Assembly: GCF_000142905.1 (NCBI RefSeq)
Contig: NW_013657656.1
Coordinates: forward strand, 282,991-346,990
DNA length: 64,000 nucleotides
Reading direction: 5' to 3'
DNA from: Thecamonas trahens ATCC 50062
Taxonomy: Eukaryota > Protista > Apusomonadida
Below the pieces are notes generated by a model, which did no database searches, had not been told where the DNA came from, and saw only the letters and a list, made by a program, of their open reading frames with translations. Shown here piece after piece: positions 31,893-41,219 of the stretch (positions within the stretch are counted from its first letter, which is position 1; every line of letters starts with the position of its first letter). The position numbers and the translations under genes are program-made.

Positions 31893-32064
31893 CACAAACT
31901 GCAGAGCCACACAGCCAGGGAGAGAGAGAAGGATGCAAAGAGCCCAGTTTGCTATTCTGGGTGGAGTACCCGAGTACCCGAACCCGAATCTCGTGTCTGC
32001 CTCTACCTCTCCCACCACTGTCCCGCCCTTCCCTCGCGTCTCTCTCGTACCCTCTCCCTCCCTT

Positions 32065-32109
32065 TGATCGATCACCCGTCTGATCGATCACCCGCCTGAT
32101 CGATCACCC
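32065..32109. promoter_or_regulatory. Three tandem 16-bp units carrying the palindrome TGATCGATCA, in a divergent promoter
   Basis: Units start at 32065, 32081 and 32097, between two divergently transcribed genes; regulatory role inferred. Confidence 0.45.
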
Positions 32110-32499
32110 TCCCCCGCCCCTTCACACCGCAACGCACCGCACACACACCTCACTCACAGCACCAGGACGACGAGCGCGAGTCGAAGCGTCAAGCTCCCGG
32201 GCGTCCCGTTCCAACAGCGGTACAGACAAGCATCGAGTGTCATCCATAGTTTGCTCTCTTCCAACCCGGCTGCTTATACTGTCGACGTAGGCGCACTCTC
32301 GGCAACTCTCGTCGCCTCGCAAGGCCTACCACCTTTGTCTGGCTCTGTTGAGGCCGTGACGAACGCTGGCACGGGTGCTACTGCTGCTACTGCTACTGGT
32401 GATTTAGGGTCGGACGACAGCGAGTGTGTGGCTACAAGCTTGGCTTCTGGAAGATCATCGTCGACAAGCTCTTGCTGCACTCTGCTGTGAGCCAACACT

Positions 32500-33939
32500 A
32501 TGGTCGTCTTCTCGCCCTTTGCTGCCCTCCGCATCGACGTGGTGAGCCATGGCCCATCAGCTCGGGGCTCGCGTGGTCAACAACATGGCTCTCGGGGTCG
32601 AGGGCGGGGTCGGGGGCCGGCTCGCGGCTCGGCTGCTCCTCGCCCGCCGCAGCCAAAGAAGCTCGACGTGCTCAAGGTCCGCAGAGTCGTCTCCATGATC
32701 CTCTCGTCCAACGCCACCTTTGCATCGGTCCTCGCCCAGGCTGCCAGGGTCCCAGCGCCACACGGTCGTGGCAGCGGGCCGTTTCATCTCAACCTGCGCA
32801 AGGCTCCACGCAAGGCTGCGCTCGCTTCGTTTGTCCTCCCACTGCAGACTAGCGCTGCCGCCGTCGACGTCGCCGCCAAGGCGCTCAACGGGACGCCAAT
32901 GGCAGTCGCTGGCTCGCGCGAGCCTCTGCTTCTTCGGGTAACGGTCGACCCGTCGCTTGGCCCCGGGCATCGTCTCTTCGATTCGCCTGCAAGCCCGCTG
33001 CGCAAGGCGCTTGCCGCGCCGGGCGCGCAGCACACCACCGTACGCATGATCGGCGTGCCCGGCGGTGCGTGCACCACCCTCACCCAGTACCTGCAAGCAA
33101 CACTGGCGCCAGCCAGCATGGCTGTCGACGCCATCTCGGACATCTCAGTCACCAGTCGCGGAACCGTTCACGAGGCTACCGCTGTCGTCTCGCTCACCTT
33201 TTCCTCGTCCGATGCCCTCGCTGCTGCGCTCCGCACTCTCGCCGGCCACGTCATCTTCCTCTCGCCAACCTCCAAGGAGCCGATCCGCTACCGGCTCAAG
33301 CTTGGTGCCGTGCCGTCCGTTGACAAGCCGTCGCCATCGCCGGCGGTTCCCGACCCGGCGTCCAACCTCGGCGTCTTTGAGCAGCAGGTGCCTGCCGCTC
33401 CGGGCCCGACCACCACCCGCTCCGCCTCGCCCGAGTCGGACCCGTCCATCCACTCGAACCACAACTCGGGCTCGGACCACAACGTGTTGCCGGACGCTGT
33501 CACGGCCTCGGCCTCGGCCTCGGACGCCGGCGCCTTGGCGCACACCCACGGTGCATCAGACGCTACCGCCCCGGGCACCGTTCCACCGTCGCGCTCGCCG
33601 TCGTCGGTCCCCTCGCGCGAATTTGTTCGCTCCAAGTCGCTCTCGCGCTCGCTCGTCCCCGCCCTTTTGCCGTCCCACTCGAGCTCGCCCGCCCTGCTTG
33701 TCGCCCCCGCGCCCATGCCCTCTGCCCTCGCCACCACCCTCGCTACCGTCTACGCCAACCGCGCCACCGTCCGTGCCGGTGACGCTGTCTTTGCCCCGTC
33801 GCCGCACTCGTCGCGCCGGAAGAACCCCGACGTCCCGCGTCGCACCCGCTCTCGCTCGCGCTCTCGCTCGCGATCCCACTCGCCGCCGCAAAAGACCCCG
33901 CCGTCGCGCTCGCGCAAGTCTCGCCGCAGCCAGCGGTGA
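32500..33939 (+). CDS. Possible AKAP17A/SFRS17A-like splicing factor with RS tail
   Basis: LNGTPMAVAGSREPLLLRV and AALRTLAGHVIF resemble AKAP17A segments; degenerate RRM; C-terminal RSRSRSRS. Confidence 0.45.
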   Translation: MVVFSPFAALRIDVVSHGPSARGSRGQQHGSRGRGRGRGPARGSAAPRPPQPKKLDVLKVRRVVSMILSSNATFASVLAQAARVPAPHGRGSGPFHLNLRKAPRKAALASFVLPLQTSAAAVDVAAKALNGTPMAVAGSREPLLLRVTVDPSLGPGHRLFDSPASPLRKALAAPGAQHTTVRMIGVPGGACTTLTQYLQATLAPASMAVDAISDISVTSRGTVHEATAVVSLTFSSSDALAAALRTLAGHVIFLSPTSKEPIRYRLKLGAVPSVDKPSPSPAVPDPASNLGVFEQQVPAAPGPTTTRSASPESDPSIHSNHNSGSDHNVLPDAVTASASASDAGALAHTHGASDATAPGTVPPSRSPSSVPSREFVRSKSLSRSLVPALLPSHSSSPALLVAPAPMPSALATTLATVYANRATVRAGDAVFAPSPHSSRRKNPDVPRRTRSRSRSRSRSHSPPQKTPPSRSRKSRRSQR

Positions 33940-34194
33940 CTGACGCTGGCCATCCTGCGCGCGTAAAAACGAGCGCACGAGTGTGGCGAAAGTTGGCAAG
34001 TGGTGCACACTGCGGCCGAAAAAGGTCGCAGTTTGGGAGGGCACACACCACAGCCGCGGACAAGGGCATAGACCTCCCACGGTGTGTACCACTTGTCTCG
34101 CACCGAAAGCCTACCTCCACCTCACAACAGCACCTTTCTCACAAGTACGAGACTTGTATAACTGCGTGCAAGGCCCAGCTGACGTTGGTGGTGC

Positions 34195-37100
34195 ATGCCT
34201 ACACCGTCGACGCCACCCGCCCCACCGCGTCCGTCTGTCCTCGGCGCCGGCCCTGCTGCCCATTCGCCGAGCCACTCCGGCCGCCGCACCCTCCTTCCCT
34301 CCTTTGCCGCCCACTCTCCACACCGGCGTATGAGTTCATCTGGGACGGCCCAGCCGGGGGCGGCAGGCTCGGGCTCAGGGGCGACGCGCGCGCCCACCTC
34401 GACCTCGTCTTCGACTCCGGCGGCTGCGCAGCCGCCGGTCTCCACCATCACCCGCTTCTTCGGCGCCACCACCCGCTCGCCGGTCCACCCTATCGTTCGC
34501 CGCATGGCTTCTCCCCACAATACGCCCGCAGCAGGTGAAGAGGAGGCTGCCCAGCCCAGCCCGCCGAGCTCGGCTCGCAAGAACCTGGACGGCACCCTCC
34601 GCGCCGCTGCCTCGACTGCTGCTGACGCCGATGCCGACGACGACGACATGGCCGACGTCTCGTTCCACGAACTGTCCAAAGTCCTCAACCTCGCAGTGAG
34701 CGAAACCGAGGGCCGGGCCAAAGTCGATGCTCCGGAGCCGCCGCGGCCGGCACCGTCGGCCCGGCTTGCCTCGGTCTGGCTCTCGTCACGGACCTCGGCC
34801 TCGCCTACGCCGCTCAACAGCTCACCAGCCGAAATGTCGCGGACCCGATCGTCGTCGGCGGGGACCGCCGAGTGCCGCTCGGCGCTCGGCTCGTCGCAGG
34901 GTGAGCCGGCCGCAGGCTCGGCACGGACCAAGATTTTCGAGCTCCTCGGCCGTATCCGCACCAACCTCTCCCGCGGTGCCGAGTCGAGCCCGCCGGGCTC
35001 GCCTGCTGCGAGCGCCAAGCTCGCCCAGCCGCCGCCGACTGTCGTCGCCGCCACCACCGCGTCAGCGGCGACGATCACTCCGCGGGTTTCTGTCTCATCG
35101 TCAGCTGTTGCTGTCGCCGCCGAGCCTGAGGCGGCTGCGCCCGACACAGGCATTGACGACCCTAGCTTTACGGCCTCGCTCCTGCAGCTGTTTGAGGACT
35201 ACGAGGCAAACGCTCCTGCATCGGTGACCGCGGCACAAAATCCCGCCCCGCACACCGCACAGGCCCCGCCGATTGCACTGGCGGTGAGCTCTGAGGAACG
35301 ACCCGAGACCCAGGCCGAGCCGGTAGCCTCGTCTCCGGCCGTGCCACTGGCGACCGCAAGCACCAAGCGGACGTGCAAGCGCAAGCTCTCCGACATTGAT
35401 CCGGAGCTTGCGTCGCTCCTCCTCACTGGCGCCTGCCTCTCACCACCCGGATGGGACGCCGGGCCGTCTGGTGCCGGTATGCTCACGCCGAACCAGTCTG
35501 CGCTGGGCGGCGAGCCCGGGCAGCCAACGTCCGAGTCGGGTCTCGGCCTGCCGCCGCTCTCGGCGTCGGCGTCGACAACAGCTAGCAAGCGGCAGCGGCT
35601 CGAGCCCGAGGTGGTGATCTTTTCGGAGCAACGGCGTGCCCGGCGGACAGCGTTTGGCGAGGAGCAGCTGCGCAACCAGCGGCGGTATCTGCGGTACAAG
35701 GTCATCCGCATCCGCGAGGAGCTCGACAAGACCGTGCATCCCAACCCGAGCGGCAACTTTCGGGTTCTGGAGCGCGTGCTGACCTTGCTTGACGAGACCA
35801 CGCACGACGTCAAGACCGCAGTCCTCCGTGGGCAGTGGATGGAGTGCATGGTGGCAGTCGACTGTGTGGTGCATGTGGTTGGTTCATTTTCGCGGAGCGA
35901 GCGAGTCATTGTCATTGACAACGAGTCTAACTTTCTCATCGTGCTCCCAGATGAGTTGGTGTCGGGCACCCAGGTCTCGGGCTCGTTCTACTGCATGCGG
36001 CAAAAGGTGCTCGACTCACGGATCTCGTCGCTTGCCGGCGCGTCGTCGGCCATGCTCTTTGGCTCGCTCATCCACGAGCTCTTCCAGACCGCGCTCGGTG
36101 CCAACTGCTTCGAGACAGCGTTTTTGGAGGCCACCGTTGCCAAGCTTGTCGCCAGCAACCTCTCCGAGCTGTACTTTGTCGATGAGGACGAGACGACGGC
36201 ACATCAAGCACTGTGGGAGATTGTGCCGCTGATGCGGGCGTGGGTGGCCAAGCACTTGGCCAAGCCCGGAGGCGGTGGCGCCCCGCGCGGCAAGGTTCCT
36301 CCCGATGAGGCCGTTCCTTTCGATGCCCGCGGCGACGCCGGCGTCCGGGTCACCAAGCTTCTCGACATCGAGGAGAACGTGTGGTCGCCGATGTTTGGTC
36401 TCAAGGGCAAGGTCGATGTCTCGCTCGAGGCCGAGCTCTCGTTCGCCGACGGGACCATCGAGACCATGGTCATGCCGCTCGAGCTCAAGTCGGGCAAGCT
36501 CCGCGGGTCACAATACTCGTCGGACCATCGGGCGCAGGTCCTGCTCTACACGCTGCTGATGGCCGACAAGTACGCGGTCGAGGTCTCATCGGCGCTTCTG
36601 TACTACACCAAGGCCGGCAAGCTGTTTGGCGTCCCAGTCCGGCGTGGCGAAATCCAGTCGCTCGTCATCCAGCGCAACAATCTGGCGGTCTTTATGGCCG
36701 AGCGCAACTCGCGGCCTCCCATGCTGCGGTCGACGCGGACGTGTTCCCGGTGCTCACAGCTTGCAACGTGCACTCTCTATCACGCCGCGGTCGAGGGCGG
36801 CAATGCCGAGACCTCGGGCCTCGGTGAGGTGTGGGACTCTGCGGTGGCTCACCTGCCGACAGCGCACCTTGACTACTTTGCGCTGTGTGAGAAGATGCTT
36901 GCGCTGGAGGAGGGTACCGACACGTCGTCGAACGCTGAGATCTGGACCATGTCCGGCCCGGCCCGCGAGCGCAAGGGTACTGCCATCTCGTTCTTGGTGG
37001 TGCGGTCGGTCACTGTGGCCGGCTCAAACTACCTGTACACCTTTGAGGAATGGCGCCACAAGGCTGAGCACATGCCGTCGCCGCATCAGAGCACGTCCGG

Positions 37101-39174
37101 TGGCTCGGGCGTCCCGCTGTCGCCGTATGCCACGCGGGCTCGGGTCGTCGACGGCCTCCTCGCCTCAACCCTCAAGGAAGGCGACTACGTGGCGCTATCC
37201 ACCGAGTACGGCCACATCGCTGTCGAAACTGGGTTTGTGCACGAGCTGACGCCCGAGACCATCACCCTCAAGCTCGACCGCGAGCTGCGGGTGGCGCACC
37301 TTGATGCTGGAGGCACCACGGGAGCGCCGGCGCCACCACCACCGGTCCCGCGGTCCTCGCAGGCCTACCCGTTTGCCTCGGCCGACGACAAGTCGTCGCT
37401 CCCGTCACCGCCGTCGTTCCAGTGCCGATACGAGCTGCAGACCGGGCGTGACTACGCATCGCAGCAGGTAGCATCCGCAACGCTGCCGATCCTGTACCGG
37501 GTTGACAAGGCCGAGCTCGGGCTCAACACCACCCGGCTGGCGCTGGTCTCGGCCATGTCACAAGCTTCGACCGACTGCCATCTCCGCGAACTGGTCATTG
37601 ATCTCAAGCCGCCGCGGTTTGGAGACCGCGTCACCGCGCGCGCCGCCATTGCGCCGCACGTCCTCGACGGCCTCAACGACGACCAGCAAAGTGCGCTAGC
37701 GACGGTCATGGCTGCCAAGGACTACTCGCTCATTCTCGGCATGCCCGGGACCGGCAAGACAACAACGATTGCGCGGGCGGTCCAGGCGCTAGTGTCGGTC
37801 GGGAAGCGGGTGGTCATCGCGTCGTACACCCACCTCGCCGTGGACAACATCTTGCTCAAGCTCGCCGAGGCCGGAGTCCACTTTCTGAGGCTCGGCTCGT
37901 CGCGCAAGGTACATGCCGATCTGCAGGACTACACCGAGCGGGTGCAGATCGGGCGGTGTGGAAGCGTCAAGGAGGTGCAGAACATGTACGAGTCTGTGGC
38001 GGTGGTCGGTTGCACTTGCCTCGCCTTCAAGAATAAGCTCTTCTCCAAGCAGCAGTTCGACGTGTGCATTGTCGACGAGGCATCGCAGATCACCCAGCCG
38101 GGTGTGCTCGGCATTCTGCGGGTCGCCTCGTCGTTTGTGCTCGTTGGCGACCACAACCAGCTCCCGCCACTGGTGCGGTCGGAGGAGGCCGCAGAGCTGG
38201 GACTGCGGACCTCAATGTTCAAGCGGCTTTCCGAGGCCCACCCGGCCGCGGTTGCCGTCCTCACCAAACAGTACCGCATGAATGCGTCGATCATGCTCCT
38301 CGCCAACACACTCATCTACGAGCAACAGCTCGAGTGCGGGACATCACAGGTCGCCCGCGGCCGGCTCAAGCTCCCGCACTTTCCCACCGCACTGGCGCGG
38401 CCGGCGTCACGCGGGCTCTCGGCCGCAGAGGTACAGGACGTGCTCATGTCGCAAGGCCCGGCGGCGCTCTCGCAGCATTCGAGCGCCTCTGCACAGACGG
38501 CGACGGGCAGGTCGTGGCTGGCGGCGGCAGTCGATCCGGCGGCGCCGGTCGTCTTCCTCAACACCGACGGGTGCCCAGCCCCAGACACCAACGACGGCAA
38601 GGCTGTGCGGAATCACGTCGAAGCCGAGCTGGTCCACCTTGTAGCCCGCGGCCTACTGGCGTGCGGGCTCGATCCTGGCGATCTCGGCGTCATCTCGCCG
38701 TACCACGCCCAACTCAAGGTCATCCGGAGGTACCTCGCACCGGTGTCGCCGCGGGTTGAGGTGCACACTGTCGACCGGTACCAGGGCCGCGACAAAGAGT
38801 GTATCATCTTTTCGTGCGTGCGTTCCAATACAAACGGTACCATCGGCCGGCTGCTCGCCGACTCGGCCCGGATCAACGTGGCGCTCACCCGTGCCAAGAA
38901 GAAGACGGTGCTCATCGGCTCGCTTTCCACGCTCTCGTCGTCGCCGCTCTTTGCCTCGCTTTTTGCGCTGCTTCGGACCCACTCGTGGGTCGTCGACCTC
39001 GGCCGCGACGCGCACCGGCTCTTCCACGAGTGGATCCCGGTGAGCTCGTCGCCGCACGCTGGCCTCCACAGCGGCGTCGAAGATGACCACGACGACGGCT
39101 CAAGCGGTGTGCACGGACCCAGCATCGAGACAGAGCCGATGATTCTTGTCGATGCAACCGAGGACGGCGAGTAA
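34195..39174 (+). CDS. DNA2: DNA2 nuclease/helicase
   Basis: DIEENVWSPMFGLKGKVD, PLELKSGK, FeS cysteines, GMPGTGKTT, DEASQ, GDHNQLPP, QYRMN, RINVALTRAK. Confidence 0.97.
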   Translation: MPTPSTPPAPPRPSVLGAGPAAHSPSHSGRRTLLPSFAAHSPHRRMSSSGTAQPGAAGSGSGATRAPTSTSSSTPAAAQPPVSTITRFFGATTRSPVHPIVRRMASPHNTPAAGEEEAAQPSPPSSARKNLDGTLRAAASTAADADADDDDMADVSFHELSKVLNLAVSETEGRAKVDAPEPPRPAPSARLASVWLSSRTSASPTPLNSSPAEMSRTRSSSAGTAECRSALGSSQGEPAAGSARTKIFELLGRIRTNLSRGAESSPPGSPAASAKLAQPPPTVVAATTASAATITPRVSVSSSAVAVAAEPEAAAPDTGIDDPSFTASLLQLFEDYEANAPASVTAAQNPAPHTAQAPPIALAVSSEERPETQAEPVASSPAVPLATASTKRTCKRKLSDIDPELASLLLTGACLSPPGWDAGPSGAGMLTPNQSALGGEPGQPTSESGLGLPPLSASASTTASKRQRLEPEVVIFSEQRRARRTAFGEEQLRNQRRYLRYKVIRIREELDKTVHPNPSGNFRVLERVLTLLDETTHDVKTAVLRGQWMECMVAVDCVVHVVGSFSRSERVIVIDNESNFLIVLPDELVSGTQVSGSFYCMRQKVLDSRISSLAGASSAMLFGSLIHELFQTALGANCFETAFLEATVAKLVASNLSELYFVDEDETTAHQALWEIVPLMRAWVAKHLAKPGGGGAPRGKVPPDEAVPFDARGDAGVRVTKLLDIEENVWSPMFGLKGKVDVSLEAELSFADGTIETMVMPLELKSGKLRGSQYSSDHRAQVLLYTLLMADKYAVEVSSALLYYTKAGKLFGVPVRRGEIQSLVIQRNNLAVFMAERNSRPPMLRSTRTCSRCSQLATCTLYHAAVEGGNAETSGLGEVWDSAVAHLPTAHLDYFALCEKMLALEEGTDTSSNAEIWTMSGPARERKGTAISFLVVRSVTVAGSNYLYTFEEWRHKAEHMPSPHQSTSGGSGVPLSPYATRARVVDGLLASTLKEGDYVALSTEYGHIAVETGFVHELTPETITLKLDRELRVAHLDAGGTTGAPAPPPPVPRSSQAYPFASADDKSSLPSPPSFQCRYELQTGRDYASQQVASATLPILYRVDKAELGLNTTRLALVSAMSQASTDCHLRELVIDLKPPRFGDRVTARAAIAPHVLDGLNDDQQSALATVMAAKDYSLILGMPGTGKTTTIARAVQALVSVGKRVVIASYTHLAVDNILLKLAEAGVHFLRLGSSRKVHADLQDYTERVQIGRCGSVKEVQNMYESVAVVGCTCLAFKNKLFSKQQFDVCIVDEASQITQPGVLGILRVASSFVLVGDHNQLPPLVRSEEAAELGLRTSMFKRLSEAHPAAVAVLTKQYRMNASIMLLANTLIYEQQLECGTSQVARGRLKLPHFPTALARPASRGLSAAEVQDVLMSQGPAALSQHSSASAQTATGRSWLAAAVDPAAPVVFLNTDGCPAPDTNDGKAVRNHVEAELVHLVARGLLACGLDPGDLGVISPYHAQLKVIRRYLAPVSPRVEVHTVDRYQGRDKECIIFSCVRSNTNGTIGRLLADSARINVALTRAKKKTVLIGSLSTLSSSPLFASLFALLRTHSWVVDLGRDAHRLFHEWIPVSSSPHAGLHSGVEDDHDDGSSGVHGPSIETEPMILVDATEDGE

Positions 39175-39220
39175 CACGCGAGCAAGCGGGCGCGCAGGGT
39201 GTACGGGCAGACGAGAGCTT

Positions 39221-40996
39221 TTACGTCTTGACGTCGCCGCTACCGATCCGGATAAGGAAAGGCTCGCGTGCCAGAAAGTCACGGCCGATGATGGCGGTGC
39301 GACCCAGCTTGGGACCGTCACGGACCGAGGCGCGGACAATGTGGGTGATGCCCCGGTAAGTGATGGCAACGTCGACGAGAGCGCGTCGCTCCACGCAGTC
39401 GGTGCCCATTCGGACAGCAACAGCGTCGACTGGGCTAAGATGCAGCTCTTTCGCCATCCATAATGGAATGGCCGAGAGCGTGGCCCCGGTATCAACTCGG
39501 ACCTCCCGCTCGACCAACGGCGGCGGCACGTAGCCAGACGCGTGTAACGGGAGCGAGAACATCACTGACGGTGGAAGCGAGCTATCAGAGCTGTCCGCCG
39601 ATGCGGTGCCCCCAGCCGGTGACGGATTAGCGAAGGAAAAGGATTCCTTGGAAGACATTAGGATGGCTTTGCCGAGATGAATGGTGTCGCCGGTACACGT
39701 GGTGAAGAGACCGAGGAGAGGGCGCGATGAAGAGGACGAACTCGACGAAAGCGAAGAGAACGACGTCGATGACGACGTCGCCGATGACGAGTACGAGTGC
39801 GAGATGCTCGTCGAGTACGAGGACGACGACCCTGACTCGTCGCCATCCACACACCAGACATCGGCAAACGAGAGGATCTTGCCGGACATGCTCTCGAGAT
39901 TGGCGAGATGGCGAGCCTTGTTCGAGACGTACACATACATCGGGCGGGAGTAAAGGAAGTTGCGGCCCAGAATCGGTGTCCGCCCTAGCATCGACCCGGT
40001 GCGAACTGATGCCTCCACCTCAATGGGGTTGGCCAGCGGATGCGGGAGAAGAATGTAGATGCGGACGACGTCGCGGTACTCAACAGAGTCGTTGCCGGCA
40101 CGGATCTTGACTTTTCGGTGTGGCTCGAGACCAAGTCGATCGACCAGTGACTGTGGGACCGCAGTAAGCGCAGCGCCTGTATCGACGCGAACCACCATCG
40201 CCACAGCCTTGTCCTGTGACCGATCACATCGAGTCAGGTCGGCGGCGGTTGCGCCCATGCCTACCAAGACCATTTGCGGAATCACAATGTCCCGGGTCGA
40301 GAGCCACACCCCAGGCCGCGCATGCGAGCACAACAGCGAGGAAGATGAAGACGTCGAGGAGGGGTATGATGAGGAGGAGGACGATGACGAGGAAGATGAA
40401 GATGAAGAAGACGAGGAAGAAGAGGTGGAAGAGGAGGAGTCGAGCCGTGAGGGCGATGAGGGCGATGTTGGGCGAGACTCAAGCGTCTCCTGCATCTCCA
40501 TGACTGAAATCGTCAGAGTTCCGCGGCGCACACCCGATCGATGCAAGCGGACTTTAGCATCAAGGCCCGATGTCCGCGTCGATGTCCGTGCCAGCGCCGG
40601 CGAGCGAGCCAACCGAGGTGTTCGCTGCCCGCGTTCGGCATGGTGGAGACGACGATGATGGCGAGTTGAACAGTAACGCTGCCCATGACGATGGCGATGC
40701 CGATCGTGGCAATGGCGGCTCTGATGACTTGTGTCGTCTCGGCTTGGGCTCTGGCGTGGGATCTTGGCCTCCCAGGCCTCCTCCGCCTCACACTGGTGCA
40801 TGATCCTGGCTCCAGCCCTCAGTGGACCATGACCAGTACAATGGCTGACTCCATCCGTAGAAACTGTTGCAGACAAAGCGGTGTGGAGTGTGCCATGAGG
40901 CATGATTGGTGCGGTGTCAAGTGTGCAAGGCTGGTGAGTATGTGAGTGGCCGCGGTTTGCCTGCCACAACTGCAACGAGCTACAGGCGGTCTCCAC
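39221..40996 (-). CDS. Protein with two tandem retropepsin-like (clan AA) aspartyl protease domains and poly-Ser linkers; start uncertain (for example ATG 40501)
   Basis: VRVDTGAALTAVP...PILGRNFL and VRVDTGATLSAIP...IIGRDFL. Confidence 0.75.
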   Translation of the reverse strand: METACSSLQLWQANRGHSHTHQPCTLDTAPIMPHGTLHTALSATVSTDGVSHCTGHGPLRAGARIMHQCEAEEAWEAKIPRQSPSRDDTSHQSRHCHDRHRHRHGQRYCSTRHHRRLHHAERGQRTPRLARSPALARTSTRTSGLDAKVRLHRSGVRRGTLTISVMEMQETLESRPTSPSSPSRLDSSSSTSSSSSSSSSSSSSSSSSSSYPSSTSSSSSLLCSHARPGVWLSTRDIVIPQMVLVGMGATAADLTRCDRSQDKAVAMVVRVDTGAALTAVPQSLVDRLGLEPHRKVKIRAGNDSVEYRDVVRIYILLPHPLANPIEVEASVRTGSMLGRTPILGRNFLYSRPMYVYVSNKARHLANLESMSGKILSFADVWCVDGDESGSSSSYSTSISHSYSSSATSSSTSFSSLSSSSSSSSRPLLGLFTTCTGDTIHLGKAILMSSKESFSFANPSPAGGTASADSSDSSLPPSVMFSLPLHASGYVPPPLVEREVRVDTGATLSAIPLWMAKELHLSPVDAVAVRMGTDCVERRALVDVAITYRGITHIVRASVRDGPKLGRTAIIGRDFLAREPFLIRIGSGDVKT

Positions 40997-41219
40997 AGTT
41001 GCACAACACGATCACAGCCTCTCTCCCTCTCCTCCTCCGTTACCACCTCAATCAACTTTTGATATCCTTTGATCACCACCTCGATCTTCTTCTCGCCACT
41101 TCGATCTGTGTCTTGATCACGGCTGGTTCCGATGACCAGATCAAGCTGACGCCAGCAACCAGCTCGATCGATGTGATGAGCTAGGTTGGAGATGGGACAG
41201 CAACGAGCTACAGTAGGGG

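Noticed and set aside
40059-40658. Plus-strand poly-Asp/Glu ORF
   Set aside because: It is the antisense reading of the poly-Ser linker in the retropepsin gene
39221-41200. LTR retrotransposon suggested by the aspartyl protease motifs
   Set aside because: No RT, RNase H, integrase, gag zinc knuckle or LTRs visible
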